Source: Podarcis pityusensis (taxonomy: Eukaryota). Taken from it: a stretch of DNA of 64,000 nt. Every line of letters starts with the position of its first letter. Positions within the stretch are counted from its first letter, which is position 1. Under the pieces are notes generated by a model. It made no database searches, had not been told where the DNA came from, and saw only the letters and a list, made by a program, of their open reading frames with translations. The stretch lies in the NCBI GenBank assembly GCA_964106645.2, contig OZ067038.1. One strand, written 5' to 3'. Shown here one piece after another: positions 24,500-39,516 of this stretch. A program made the translations under genes and the position numbers.

Positions 24500-25240
24500 G
24501 AATGTATAGGAGGGATATCAGAAACCTGATAGAGAAGTGTTAATCAATGGGATGCAATTATCCATAATTATAAAATTTACAGAAAATGTAGAGCAGATTG
24601 AAGTGGCAATGTTATTGCTTTATATGTCAAGGAGGCTATTGTATGCAATAAATTAGAAACCCATGGGAAAGTAAATTAAATCACAAAAATCCCCCTAATG
24701 AACGCTCCAATTGTAATCTTGAGGCGGGGAGCAAGGAGGCAGCCAAATAAACCCCAGTAGTCTTCTGATAATGTCTCTCAATTTACATTATTATGATTCA
24801 GTAAGTTTTCTAGGGTCTAATATTTTGTCCTAAACATCTCCAGTCAAATAGCTTGATGGAAAATGCGATGAAAATTGTAAAAACAACTGATGAGAAAAGC
24901 ATCAGACTCAAAAACAGATACATATTTTGTATTTTCATTGACAGGCAACACAATTAAAGCCATGGAAATTGCTGAAGATCTGTTCCTCAACAGAAAAACC
25001 AGGAGCATGAAGGGAAGAACCACAATGCAGTGCCCCCAAATAACCTTTAAAGTTCAAACTCATAAATTGCATAAGAGAGTGAAACAAAAATAGCTAAGTA
25101 ATGTGTATCACTATATCAAAATTAAGTGACAAATCATGATTGCATCCTGGTAACAAGTGGGTGCAGAAAACTGTCATTAAATAAAGAGGTTGCAGCTACA
25201 TCTTATGAAAACTTCATCTCTTACAAATTTTGAAAGATGA
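24500..25240 (+). mobile_element. Degenerate CR1-like LINE endonuclease region
   Basis: Translation remnants ISET..NQWDAIIHNYKIYRK..GNVIALYVKE resemble the APE endonuclease motif ITETW..GYKLYRRDR..GGGVALYVK. Confidence 0.55.
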
Positions 25241-28200
25241 GAGGAAATACTAAGAAGGGGGGGGGGGACAGTCAGAAGCATCAGAAAGCAATCCAACATG
25301 CAAAGTGGAGGGGTGTCTAGAAATGAAACTACAAAGGTATAGTCACTTCTGGAGTGAAGGAATTCCAGAGAACAGTGTTAATAACCTGGGGCTAAAATGC
25401 TAAATGGCTAGAATGTTCGCTTACTAAGTAAAAGGGGAGTTGCAAGGATTATAGGTATCCATGGAAACATGTGACTGTACTCTAACGGCACCATCCTTAT
25501 AAAAGAGAAAGTGGTTGGACACAGAAATATGGGCAGGCTCTTAGTCCAGGAACTAGGGTAGATACATAGCAAACCACCTTAATAAATAAACCTTTCATTC
25601 TGATAAAAGACTGCTTGCAGGTTCCTTCTAGTAGAGATTACAAAACATTACACCACCTACTGAGAGTCTTATCCTAAGCTTTCCTTGAAAGTAAATGCCA
25701 CTGAGTCCAGAGGGATTTAGTTCCTAATAAGTGTGGTTAGAATTGTAGTCATGTGGCATGACCCTGCTTTGTTTACTCAAAAGTAAATCTGGACACCTAA
25801 TGCTGCAGTCCTAAGCATATTTATCTCCAGCAAAATTGTATCAAACTCACTGGTACTATTTTCTGATTAATTCTAATATAATTTTTTGGGGGCAGGGAAG
25901 CTGCACACATATTTTGCATGGATAGTTTGCATTTGTTTTGATGAAATTCATATCATCAACTTAGTTCAGTTTTGCCATTTAACTTCCAGGATGGTGGGCT
26001 TGATTATTCCATAAACAAGTTTATGTGTTGTACAGGACCTCAGAACCATGGAGACACTTGTCACAGGAACAGGCTCTGTGAATCAATATAACTGCCTCTG
26101 CGAAGCAAACTGTCCTTTAGTTCACAGCTATATAACTGTGACAATACACAAGGAACAAACACAAGAAACATTTCCAAATGTTCTTGTTTCAGCTCATGAA
26201 GGCAGGCTTCAGACTGCTTAAAAACTTGCCACCTGGTGGCTCCAATCATCCCCAGTGAAGCCTGAAGCCTTTAATTACTACCACCACCATTGGACTTAGG
26301 GAGTCCTTACACAAGACACAAATGGAGCTTCTCAAAACTCATGTACAAGAAACTGATTTAATTTCCCCATCTCCTTCTCTTGCTCCAACCTAATATACAG
26401 GATATCAGCTGGAACCAGCACTTGCTGTGATTATGTTAGCAGAAAGCAGCTCACACAACTGATCCTTCTCCTCCTCTTCCCTTTAGCATCCTGAAATGCC
26501 CCTCCAGAAGGTCAGGGGACCCTCCCAAGCAATGAAGTTGTATCACATGGGGCACAGGGGGAAATATGGGGAAGGAAAGAGAAACATCAATTCTGCAAGG
26601 TGTCCTCTGCTCATGCAACTACTGGATACAACAGTGAGTGCCATTTTGTCCCAAATATAGACAGAATCAGGACTGCAAATTTTTTTTGTTTAGTTTAATA
26701 TGAATAAATTACTATAAGCAGTGGATAAGCAGCATGAGCCTATAGTTATAGTTATGAGTGTGATTTACTCCCAAGTAAGTCTACACAGACAGCATGAACA
26801 GAAAAGGGAATTTAATCTCCAACTGTGCCCAAAAATTCAGCCATGCAACTTATTCCTATGCATGTCTACTAGAAGCAAGGCAGACTAGAGTTCAATGGAT
26901 TTACTTCCAGGTGAGAATACAGCCGATTTCAGCTTAGTCATTGTAAGGTCATTCTTGCCAATTCAGATCCTTCCCTGATTATTATTCTCCATAGTAATAG
27001 ACCACATGTACTTCCACATACGACTACATTCACAAAGTGTGGTGGGGCTGTTTATGCCATTCTACCCTATCAGTGCACTGAGGTTGAATCTACGAAGCAC
27101 GATTCTTCATGCATTAATATTCAGCCAAGCACACTAAGAATCCCCCTTCACATTTTCCTGCTCAATGTGGACACTGGGAGTGGGGTTGGCATGTAAGACC
27201 TCTTGCCCCTGCATGTTCTTTGAACACTTGAATAGGACTTATGATATCACCTGGGGTTACAGGCGCTTACCCAGGGTTGGTGTTTCCTTTGGGGAATGAG
27301 GCACAGTAGAGACTGAGGTGTCTTTATGATATATGGCCTATTTACACATATATACAACCTGACCCTACGATGGAGGGCTTCACAGCATTAACACCCCAAA
27401 GGGGTCTTGTTTCTCCCATAGTTGCAGCCTTCCATTCAAACAGAAATCAAAAATTGCTCTCGAATGTTGCCCTAACACTCTCTCCAGCTTGCTGCTTTAC
27501 CTCAAGGTCATATCATTTCACTCACCACTCCAAACTCTGGCTTCATTCTTCTAATTAATGGCAACTATGAGCTGGGGGGAGGGGCCTCACCCATTTGGCA
27601 TCTCACAGAGAGCCTGTTTCCTTTATTTCCCTTAATGGCCCATCACCCAGGCAATTACCTCAACACAGGAAGCTAGCCTGGCATATATGTTAACACTTGC
27701 TGGATCCAGGGGTTAGAAGGATCTTGCATACAGCCTATTTCTTCCCCCTCAAACTCACAGCAATAGTTATTTCCTTTATGAATCACTTCTCATGAAGCAT
27801 CCCAAAGCGATTTACAATATATTACAATCAAAAATCGATTTGAGTTATTCCTTAGACACCAATGAGAAACCTAGATATTTCTGTCTTTGTTTATGAAACA
27901 TATGCAGGTTTATTCAGTACTATGTTACTATACTTAGGATGCCAGCTTTAGATAAATGAAGATCAGGAATTGAGAACTTATGTATAGTACAGCATATTTT
28001 AGTTACATGCCAAAACCGAGTCCATCTTTTTAATTAAAAAAGAAAAGAAAATTAAGAAAAAGGAGGGAAGATCAATTTATTACTTTATTAATATTTATCA
28101 AAAAAATTCTAGTCACACTGGCATCACCATTTCTTGCATGTCAATACAAGTGGCCATACTGATTTCTTCAGCACAGTGTAAGAAAGTGGTTCAGATGAGA

Positions 28201-28879
28201 CAATTCTTCTAACTCTTGCCCTTACTGCCTGTATCATAAATCCATAAAGGGGGAAGTATGGTGAAACCAACTGGCAAGTTCAACTGAGAGATAAACATCA
28301 ACACCTTTTTAATGACTTGTGTACACATTGTAAACCAGAGAATCTTTATATAAATAAACCAGATAAATCAAACATGAGGTGAGGATTAGAGAGAAGCAAT
28401 TAAAGCTTTATGGTGAGGTTGATGTAGGAGGGACCTGTAACACATTAGAGCATATAACAGAAAATGTGTTAATACAGACTACAGTGTGTGCAGTTAAATT
28501 AATTAGTTTTTTTGGGAAAAAATTATAAAGCAATATGTTCATAGACAGGTAAGTTGCTAAAGCACATGGAATAAATAAACATTTAGTTTACTTATTTATT
28601 AGAGGAGTGATGAAACTGGGAAGGGCAGAAAGAGAGATCAAACTTTTTAAAAGACAGATGCAATAAATTCATAGCTAACTTAGGTATTTTTAAGTTGATG
28701 GTTGCTCCATGCTAGAGACAGAAAATAAAATTCATAATGAGATGAAAAACACCCTACTAGGTTGTATTTCATTGACTACAGTTAGGGTCCACCAATCTTT
28801 TGATGCATATTTGGAATTTTGAGAGAATTTTGAGTAAACCCCTCTACTTCTGGTTACTTCTCCCCCTTCCCTCCCACCC

Positions 28880-29480
28880 TCCCTTGCAGCAAAAAGGGAG
28901 AGTGCATATGCATACATACAGTTATATTGTTTTTCTAAGATATTCTTGAATTTGCATGATTTTATATGGGAGTTTATAAAACCCACCAGCAAATGAAAGC
29001 TTATGGTGGTAGACTATAAAGTAAAAATCCCAAATCCAGTGTTTTCCAGCACCACAAATCCACTGATTTAAGGAATGGATCCTCATCATTTTTACATTGG
29101 ATGAGAACACCAGCAAATCATGGGACACATTTGCTTACACAAATGTGACCTATGATCTGATTATGGTTTTGAGAGGATCCTTTGTAAACATTATGAGGAT
29201 CCGTAAGGGAACTGTGCTTCAGATTATATATTTGTGCTACAGCGCCTTTTGAAAGCACCATATCTGTGCTTTTTACAGTTTAATCAATGGAGACAGTCCT
29301 GATCTGTGATTTGATGGTGGAGGGAACCTATGAAAAAGTCATGCAATTTCAATGTTTGTTTTATTGCATTCAAGTTGTGTGTGCCCATGCTCTGTCCCAG
29401 TAGCTTGCAGAAGCAGCGTGGGTTAGACAGCAGTGTTTTCTGTTATTTGACACATATGTCAACAAAGGTAGATTGATGGG
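28880..29480. promoter_or_regulatory. Candidate conserved intronic enhancer
   Basis: TE-free. Octamer ATTTGCAT (28950), FOX TGTAAACA (29183), paired TGACA half-sites (29447-29462) and PBX-HOX-type AGATTGATGG (29470-29479). Conservation not verified. Confidence 0.45.
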
Positions 29481-31287
29481 CCCAGATACTTTAAGACCTA
29501 GAAAATAATATCCAGCAACTTGTTATAAAGCTCAAGTTAAGAAGTAGTAGTCAGGGTCAGGTCTTACCTTTCCTGGTCCATCTAATGTTTTGAGAATCCT
29601 TATCCTTTAAACTGTGCTTAATACGCCTCAAATGTAACTCCATTACTTTTTAACTTTATTATACCAATTGCTCAACAAAACATACCGGTACTAGCGGTAG
29701 GTCTGGTAATATATGTGAGGATGCTGTTTGCTACTTGTAGTATGAAGAACTAGGGCCCCAAAAAGGTAGGGGTGTGTGTGGGTGTGTGTGTGTTTAGTTG
29801 CTTGTTCTGGCAATAGCAGACTTTCCTTTATGCATCTCCAAAGCGATAAGAACTTTGCCATCATAAAACAGAATGCTTTTAAGTCTTTCCCAAGGGAAAC
29901 AGTATATGCATAGTTTATGTAAAAAGGAGAAGAAAGTAAACGTAAGAATTCTAGTAAGGGGTAAAAAATTAACAGTTCTTTAACAGCCTAAGAAATACGC
30001 ACCATTGCTTTCAATGAAAATACATAGGGGACTATACATTCTGCTAAGCTAGATCTTTTTGTAACTGTTTGATGGAATATGGCTCATCTCATCTTGTCTA
30101 AATGAAACTACTATACATCTACTTATGAGTCTTCACTCCATAAGAGCATTTTAGTCAGCTTCATCCAGAATCATGCAATTAGAAAATATCTGGTAAAGAA
30201 AAAGGCGAAGAGAACAAGATTTGGAAGAACCCAGACAGAGCAAATAACATTGACTCTAGAATGAAAAGCTTGGAAATATTTTTAGAACATTGGGCACACA
30301 CACTGAAACTGCCCCAAGCAGCTTTATGTTGTGTGACTGGATGATTTGCTGCTAGTATACTGCTGCCAAAGTCTCACTAACTTTGGCATGATCTCAGAAG
30401 TATTCCTTACATGAAAGAACACTCCTCACCAACAATTTCTGCTGTAATATATTAACCACAAACATATTTCAGCCAAGATCAGACTTGGAAGTTCGGCTGG
30501 ATCCCAAAACCCATTTTCATAAATATGGCTTAAATCCATTGGCCTCAACCATGTTTTTACAGATTTGTAATGCTGAGAATATCTGGTCTTTATTTTCTCA
30601 CTCTCAGGTGAATATATTCAAAGCAAAATTCCCACACCATATAGCAGATCTCATTACACTTCATTGTGTGTGTGTGTGTGTGTGTGTGCAACTGAAATCT
30701 AGAGGAATTACTTCCAAGTAATCACTGTAACCCAGATGCTGCTGCAAAATACATATGGAATGCTTACATTAATAATCTTCCACATTCAGTTAAAAACAGA
30801 GAAGACAGATCCATGTGTGCATCCTCCTGTACACACATTGCTTCCACCTTAAGAAAGGTCACAGACAATGTATTTCATATATGACACTATACTTAGATTT
30901 CAATAAGGGAAAATTAGAAGGGATGGCAGTCAGGGAAAAGAGAAGCAGAAAGAGCCAAAGTTAGGTGGGAGAGCCCCTTGTGTAACTGGGATACCCAAGC
31001 AGCCCCAGCTATACAAGATGGATAGAAAGCTAGTCAACACTACATTCCAGTATTTACCTATTACCCCTTTTTTGAACCAGACATAGGGCTAGCCCAACAA
31101 CAGAGACAAATATGATAACTACATGAGGTGCCAGGTATATGACTCAGCCCTGCAAATGTATTGGGTGGAGAACTGTTGTCTGCACTTTAGGAAGAAGTGC
31201 ACATAAGCAGCTTTAGCAGCTTGTAACTGCATGAATCCAATTAAAGGATGGAGGGAATGGGAAGAGGAAGTTGCCTTATTTCTAAGT

Positions 31288-31380
31288 AAGGATTGCACAG
31301 GTAGGCTGCAATTCTATATATATTTAGCTGGGTGTAAGCCCCACTGAACTTAGAAGTAGACAAACATAGGATTGTGCTAC
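31288..31380. repeat. Short palindromic squamate interspersed repeat (further copies near 22720, 25670, 26850, 44990, 45250, 56910)
   Basis: Shared pattern GCAATYCTA..GTAAGYCCCACTGAA/GTTCAATGGRACTTACT..ATAGGATTG. Confidence 0.55.
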
Positions 31381-32079
31381 TAAGGTACTGTTGTTTCACT
31401 GCTGTGGACAGAGTATATGAGCGGGGAAACAATTATAAATTGCCTAATACAGCAAAACACCTTGGGCCGGCTCTGATAAGACAGACTTTAGAAAGCTGGC
31501 AAAAGAGGACTTTGGATGGCTTTTTTGCTTGTGAGTCCATTCAGCAAATCAGCAACTTTATGTACTCTCACTGTTTCCTCATATCCACCTAGGTGCTATT
31601 TTGTCCACAGGATTCCTTTACCCACAAGAGGAGTGCCCCACTCCTATAACTGTGGAAGGAACAGGGAGCATAAGCCGGGAGGTGCTGCATTTGATTGGTT
31701 GACATTCACAGTTATTTTATTTCAATCTCACCCCACAAGGGGATCGGGGGTGGAAGAGGAATGATTTAAACCTACACTCCCCTTCTGCGCACTCTCAATG
31801 TAAAATCCTGGGACTAAAACAGAACCTAAACCATTTGAGCCCCTGTGCTTCTAGGCTAAGAAACTAGCCACAGAACTTCAGGATTCATTTTTACTGCTTT
31901 CCCGCAAGTTGGCTACAATCAGCTGCATGACACAAAAACAACAATCATTATTTGCTTTGCAAAGAAGCTACTTGGTGGATTACAACCAAAGGAATCAGCA
32001 GATCTTTAATGACTTTAACTAGTGCTTTTTTTCTAGAAAAAGAGGTGCAGGAACTCCCACTTTTTTATGGACAACCTTA

Positions 32080-33552
32080 AGTTGTTGAGCTTATTTTAGG
32101 GTGGCGCAATGTGGTGGTGCAAGCCACAAAGAAGAATCATTTATAGCTTGCATTACATCCTCTAGTAACTGGCTAAAGGAGTTATTTTGGACCAGTTATT
32201 TGGAGGTTACTGATTCCCACTGTGGAGGAAGGGCCTCTGGAACATTTGAGGACTCACTGTGATCAACTGGCTACACATTTTAAGAATAAAGTCACTCAAC
32301 TTCAGAATGACCTTGACTCTAAAGCTGTTGCAGCTGCAAATGAAGTACCCAATGCTAGAGTCAGTGATGTGTTGTGGGATAAATTTCAGCTTACAAAGTC
32401 AGCTGAAGTGGGCAAGGTGCTAGTGGCGATATGCCTGACCACAGGCCGTCTTGACACCAATCCTCTTGGTTTATTAAATCTAACAAAGGGGGTTGACTGG
32501 TTGAGTTCAGAGTGTGGTCACTGTGTGAGGGGGTGGTCCCTGCTGCCTTGAAAGAGGTAGCATTGGGAGAGGGTTTTTTAGCCTCCTGACAGTTATGCTG
32601 TGGGATGCCACAGGGCACTACTTTATTCTCAGTGCTATTTAATATCTATATGAAGTGGCTGGGAATGGTCAGTAGGGGTGTGGGGGCAAAGTGCCATCAG
32701 TGTGCCAATGCCACAAAACTCTATTTCTCTATAACATCTAACTCAAGAGAGATCAAGCAGGCCCTGGACCAATGCCTGGATGCAATGGTGAGATGGATGA
32801 CGGAAAATAAGCTGAGCTTGAAACCTGGCAAGATGGAGGCACTGTGGGTGAGTAGTCCCTGTGTCCAAAAATTGGTCAATTGTCTTCCCTGAATAGACAA
32901 TTGCATTCCCCTTGAAGGACCAATTACTCAGTCTGGAGGTGCTTCCAGATCCAGTTTTGTCACTTGAGGTTCAGGTAGCCTCGGTGGCTAGAAGTGCCTT
33001 TTACCAGCTGTGTGCCTTATGACTGTTACTGGACAAGGACAGCTTGACAACAATAATTCAAGACTGGATTACTGCACTGCATGCTATGAAAAGGTTTCCC
33101 TTGCACTTGACTTGGAAACTGCAGTCAGTGCAGAATACTGTAGCACAGTTGCTGACAGGAGTGAGCATAAAACACCTCTGGGCCCAGTTCAATGTGGGAC
33201 TGTCTCACCCCATATGTGCACACTTGACAGCTTTTATTTGTGGAACTGGCACTGTTACACGTATAATACTTGTTCCACAGTAATAAGAAATTGAACTTTT
33301 AGTGTGGCAGCACATACACTTTGGAACTTCCTGCCTGTTGACATCAGGCAGGTGCCTCTGCTGTACTCTTTTCAGCACCTACTTAAAACATGTTTGTTTG
33401 GGCAAGCTTATCCAGACCTGTTATCCAGTATTTTAATTTCTTTTAATTTCAATTACCTTTAAATGTTTTCATTTATAATTTTAATACTTACTGTAAACCA
33501 CTTAGAAGTTTTACTGCAATCAAGCAGTATATAAATTTTGTTAAATAAAAAT
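32080..33552 (+). mobile_element. L2-clade LINE relic with an intact 3' end and an internal RT deletion
   Basis: CDQLATHFKNKV..WDKFQL; GMPQGTTLFSVLFNIYMK..CHQCANATKLYFS (degenerate YADD); WMTENKLSLKPGKME; SRLDYC; KLQSVQNTVAQLLTG. Ends TGTAAACCACTTAGA..AAGCAGTATATAAAT..AAATAAAAATA. Confidence 0.85.
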
Positions 33553-36500
33553 AGTAAGTTCCTTTAAAATTTTAGGGAACGCTCTGATCAGAAGTTGCCA
33601 AACTCCTGCTTCACCTTTAGCCTGGCAGAAAGATTTCAAAGCACTGCACACATTATAAGTTCTAAATAAATTACAAGCAGAGTTGTACGTACATTTGCAG
33701 CATGGTTTCGTAAATAATATTTTATCTAACTCAATTCCCCTTCACTCTTTTGACACTGTCCCCCACGTACAGTCATTCAACATATCCTCTCACACATCCT
33801 TTAGCTACCCCTCTCATACGTAACTTCTCACACATACTCCTAAAAGTTGGCCAGCATTTTAATAAAGCTGCCTGCTCTCTTTTTAGCTGAACCCACTCCC
33901 ACCAATACATACATGTAGGACTTATGTGGCAACACAACGTTTTTTAGAAAAAAACAACACAACACTTGAGCAGTTGCATTGTTAATAAACACTTCACAGC
34001 ACCTCAGCAACTGAGCCAATAACTAAGAAGGCCTCACTTCAGTCAGCTGAACTCAGATATCTTACAGTCAATTGCTATGGAAGTTGCATGGGTTGGGGAA
34101 TAAATTGTGGTTATGATAATATGGAGGTTTCAAAGCCACTACATTTAAAGCATTGTAGAAGTGTGTAAAAACATTTACTGGGACTCGTGGAAACAGGGAT
34201 GTGGGAAACCTCAGTGGGAAATTTTGCTAGCTTTGTAATTCCTGCTATGGGGGGTGATTCACATTTATGTTTTGCTCTAGGCAAAACTCAGTAAGGTCTT
34301 TGTGAAAAACTCCAAACTGACACTCAATTTTTGCTTCAGGTGAAGTTCAGTGGTAATACTACTAGTTCTTTAAAAGATATGGAGCCCCTGTATTTTACAA
34401 GTCCCGCCCCCTGACCCCCTAGTATAGTTAAGTCATGGGCCCCCAGTAGTCTTCCAGAAAGAGTAGCTAAAGAAGCCCTCTCTCCCCAATTTGAGTATTC
34501 AGAAATATTTGTTTCAAACCTTACTGAAGCACTTATTGTCCTAATTATTACAGAGAGAAGGATAACAAGAATTAAGAAAAAATAGGCCTGCATTTGAATA
34601 AGTATGCTTATTCATTAATGTCACTGAGTATATTTATTCTCTAATGCAGAAAGTAACAGTTAGCAAGGTTTTAAGGCATTCTGGAATTATAACTGCCTGA
34701 CCAATACAGACCCAGCACTATATATGCTAAAATATTACAGAGATCAAAACCTTAGATTTTTTTAGTTAACAGTTGCAGTAAGTACAAACCCATTCTTAAG
34801 TCCCTGACACATTTTGAACAAAGTTTTCTTTAAAAGACTGTAAGGAGGAACCAATATATTGATTATTAGGACTAGTGTTGAATCAATGAACGGAGCATAT
34901 TAATTTGTACAATAAATCTGAACATAAGAAACTACCACTCTTTTCCTATCAGTTTTAAAAATACAGTAGTAATACAAAATGATAACAAAGAGAGGCCAAA
35001 GCCTGAGGGACTCCATTCTCTTCCCATGAAATGCAATGGCAAATAAAAATAAATCATTCACAGTGAGGCTCTGAATGGGCAGTGGGACTTAACTATGCTT
35101 GCAGCCATAAGGGAGGGTCTCTATGACTGAGGGTTCAGGCTGGCAGGACATTGTAGGAAATGGTCACTGGCACTGCTCATAAGCTAAGCTTTCCGTCTCT
35201 AGGGCTATCAATCTCGCAACTTTCACAGGCACTAAAAATCACACACACAAAAATTAAGTGAAATATATAGGAAAATATTGCAGTGTCAAGATATATTTAA
35301 AGTAGAGTTTGGAACTGAACTTCTGTGATGTTTCCTGCAGCTTGCCTGAACACTTTTTTCCATTCAATACATTAAAGAGCTATGATCAAGGCTAGAAGAC
35401 CTAAAATTAGACCTGCCAGCTGTGTTTTGGTTAGTGAATATTCACAGGCCCTGCTATCCCTGTGGCCAGCCTGTCTTGTCCTTTCGAGTAAACAGAATGC
35501 TGATTTGTCTAATCGATTTCATTATCCTATTGGCTAAAAAATAATAATCTGGAGATCAAAAGACACAGAGAAGACCATATCTAGGCAAATAACTGTCAAA
35601 GCAAACCAACTGTCTACAATGTATTTAGAATTATATCTATTTTACAGATCTTTCTTGGAGTGGTGGCCAGAATGAATGTATTCAAAGTTTAAGAAATTAA
35701 GATAAATTACTTAAAATTAAAGTTCTTTATTGCAGAAATGTACAGTGAGAAAATGCATAATAAACTTGTTACTAATAAGTTGCAGATAAATCTTAGGACT
35801 ATTAAATTTCTAATCAGTGGTTGCCTGAAACCAATTTTTTGTTTTGTTTTATGAAACAGCTTCTAGCTACATAATCCACAGGTATTAATGCCCTTTACAT
35901 GTGTAAATATATAATTGAGCTAAGGATCTCCAAAATTAGATGACCCAAAGTAGAGGCAACATTGGACAGCTTGATTATTTAAAATTACCAGATGAGTTCT
36001 GTTCTTTCTAAATATCTAACAATCATCAAAATGAGTCAGTCAGATTCATGTGTGAGTGTTATTGCCCTGTAATTACAGGTTGCAAGGGGGGATTGGCAAC
36101 CTTCAAAATAATTGGAAACATATGTATCAATGCTTAATAAAAGGCTAGGCTGTACAAAAAACAAGTGTAACAAGAAGAGAACAGACTCATATCACTGCAA
36201 TATACTGTACACTCAAATGTTTGTTTTTAAAATATCTTAGATTATTCCTTTACATATAAAAACATACACATGTACAAAGTATTTGGTAAGATGACAGCCA
36301 CATCAGAATCTCTGCACGGTGCTTCCTTCCACATTTCCCCTAAAAGGGTAGAATCTACCTGTAAGTAGGTAATGGTCCATGATTAAAAAGAATTAATGGA
36401 AGCTAAAACATATTGCATCTCATACAAATCATTGTCCCGTCTTGTCCAATCTATAAAATAAACGCTCCTGACTCTCTCAAAACCTCATCTCAGAAACTTT

Positions 36501-37859
36501 ACACCACTTTTCCACTTTAACCTTCCAGCAGATCCCTGGAACACACTACTTGAGTTGCTACTATCAATGCATTTAACACAATCGATGCTTCCTTTTGATT
36601 AAGGCTGCCTACAAAAACCTTTAAGGTACAGTATGAGCACCACCAGATGTCCAGGATGAATTATAGTCTTAGACTAAATTTATGTTAGCTCTGAGGAGAT
36701 ACGATAAGCTTTCTCCACATAGCTGTCCAGTCACCACTTCCTCCTCATGTGGTCCAGCTCTGGTAGGCTTCAGGCAATGGTTCTCTGATAGGAAGCTGTA
36801 ACTGCCGTGAGGTCCAGGGTCCTGCAAAAGCCACAGGAACTCTTGTGGTACTTACATTTTTTGTGCAGTCATAATGGCCAGGGTTGTCTGTGGGAATCCT
36901 AACAGTCATTTGACTTAAAGTAGAAAATGTGACAGACCTGCTGTCCACATTTAAAAGCCTTCACAGGACGTAATACTATGCTGCTTTATCCAAGGGAATT
37001 TGGAGAATTGGAGTATTGGAGTACTGGAGAATTTTGGGAAGAGCTTATGGTGGGCAAGCATATATTTGAAATGAAACTTGAATAGAAAGGGGGAAACTGC
37101 CTTTTCCGCTTGTAGTAGGAGGTATAAGCTGGTGAACTGAGCTAGGCTTGGAGAAGAAGGGTACTTAGCCCTGCTATGGGATACAAATTCAGAAATGGTT
37201 CAGGGGGAAAACAATAATCTAATACAGTGTTAAACAGACAGGTCTCTGGTTTATTCTTTTAGGGGGCTACCGCAGAGGTAGGGAAGGATTAAGAATGGAA
37301 AGGAGTACTAATTGTCTTTCATTTCACAACAAATCGCAGAGCAATATATTCTCAGGGAGTATTAGCCAGGTTTAACTGTACAGCTTCCACAATGATATTT
37401 CTGAAAATTGTTACTGCAAGAGGTTGGGGAGAAAGAGTGGATTGTGAAGGGCTAGAGACAGTCAGTTAAGGGTGTGATAGGCAGAATGAGATTCGGCAGG
37501 AAAGAGAGGAAGTCCAGCACAGAGATTGGCAGGAAGCAAGTCATCACAGAGGTCAAAGCCTTCACTATGCCCATTCCCCAGCTCCATAAATCTGCCTTCA
37601 AGCTTTGTAACTAACCTACCTCAAGTACTCAGAAAGCAAATCTTGCCTTGGTCCTCATCACTCCATAACATAGGTGTCCAGTCTTTGCTTTTCACTGCCT
37701 CTCCCTTGCCTGCCTCTTCCATGTCATTTACATAGCAACCACTGGGGCTTGGACACACTGCTTATGCTTAACAATGGGATCAAGGTTATCAGAATCTCCA
37801 CTCCTACACAATTACTTCAAGATGTATTTTTGCACCCTTACTTCGGCACCCCTTTGTCT

Positions 37860-37995
37860 TCCCTTAGCTTCCCTATGTTCCAAGATATCCTGAACAATTG
37901 GTTTTAATTGTTGTAACCTACCCTGGGACCTTAGGGTGAAGGGTGAGTCAATAACAACAACAGCAGCAGCAACAACAACAACACCACAGCAATAA
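37860..37995 (+). mobile_element. LINE 3' tail remnant with a CAA/CAG-rich tail
   Basis: TGTAACCTACCCTGGGACCTTAGGGTGAAGGGTGAG followed by (AAC)n. Confidence 0.5.
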
Positions 37996-38595
37996 CACAA
38001 GCTATTACAAAAAAAAATATTATATACCGTGTAAAGAAACAGTGGCAAAATGATGCATACTTATTTGTCACAAAATATGTCAACTTGCCAGCTATATCAT
38101 GTAATAAGAGTATTTTTATTATTTATTGATGATGATGATTTTGACACAGCTGTGTGTGTTTCTGCTATTGGTACCATCACATGCTGTTTATCTGCGTAAA
38201 CAAATTTGCCATATGAGTAGTGTAGACAAATAAATATTCAATATGTAATAAAGTCATATGTGATATTTTTAAATCATATGTGAATGTTCTCTCTCCTATT
38301 ATACTTAAGATGGATGGCTACCCACACACAAACATGAAGACAGACAATTCAGCTCCCTATTTCTAAATGTATTTATATATGAATGTTTGAGTGCATGTGT
38401 ATATGTGTGCTCACAAGCTCCCATGTGTTCCAGAGCTTTCCTTTTACTGTTTTTCCTGAACCTCTACATGAGTAATATCCAACATCATGGACCTTGAACA
38501 CTGATGATTCTGGCTAACGCTTTTATCCTTTGCTTGAAATTACAGGATCAGTCTAGCCAGAATTTATGAGAACCAGACCCTAGACCTCACATAGC

Positions 38596-38751
38596 NNNNN
38601 NNNNNNNNNNNNNNNNNNNNNNNNNNNNNNNNNNNNNNNNNNNNNNNNNNNNNNNNNNNNNNNNNNNNNNNNNNNNNNNNNNNNNNNNNNNNNNNNNNNN
38701 NNNNNNNNNNNNNNNNNNNNNNNNNNNNNNNNNNNNNNNNNNNNNNNNNNN
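38596..38751. other. N-run, 156 nt
   Basis: Direct count. Confidence 0.95.
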
Positions 38752-39516
38752 TACAGAAATCTCATTGCTTCACAATGATGCAACTAATATCTCTCTTGTC
38801 CATGCTGAGATGGGGTTGTAAAGAAAATCAACACTTAAATTTCAGGAAATTAGCTGATGGGTTATTTGCTGTTCATACTTATAGATTACTTAATTAAATA
38901 TTCATGGTTCTTTATGGGTGTCTGGGTACATTTGTGCACCCTTTTAGTTTTATATGCACACATACAAATCACGAAAGTGTAATTTAGCTTTTCTAAAAGC
39001 TAAATTATATGATATTATAACAGCATATGATATTAATTGCTGTTGCACTGTAAATAAGTGGGAAAATACCCTTGACCCTAAAACAATTTAAAATATTTCT
39101 TGATACCTTGCGATGTGGAAGAAAATGGAATATCTACTCTAAATGGCATTTAGCCTCTCATTGTCACTTCTTAGCAGTGAGTGTTTCTAGCCAATGAGCC
39201 TACTTTGTTTGAAGTAGCCAGACCCGTCTTTTACTAATTCTACTTTGGTTGGTCAGAAGGTTGCAACTTTTTATTTCAGATTCAGACATAATAACAGTTA
39301 TTCAGCTCTTCATGCCCTCAAAGCTACTACTATACATGATGTTGTTGGCATCCGTCTGTCTCAGTTGACAATGGAAGAGTGCGCCATCAGGGGTAAAGTC
39401 AAACCACTGGAGAGTTACAGCGCCTCCATCTACCACTTTCATTATTCCAAACTACAGGTTTTGAAAAATTCCTTCTTTGTTTCTCTGTGGCACAATGAGT
39501 CAGCGTGTCTGGCTGT

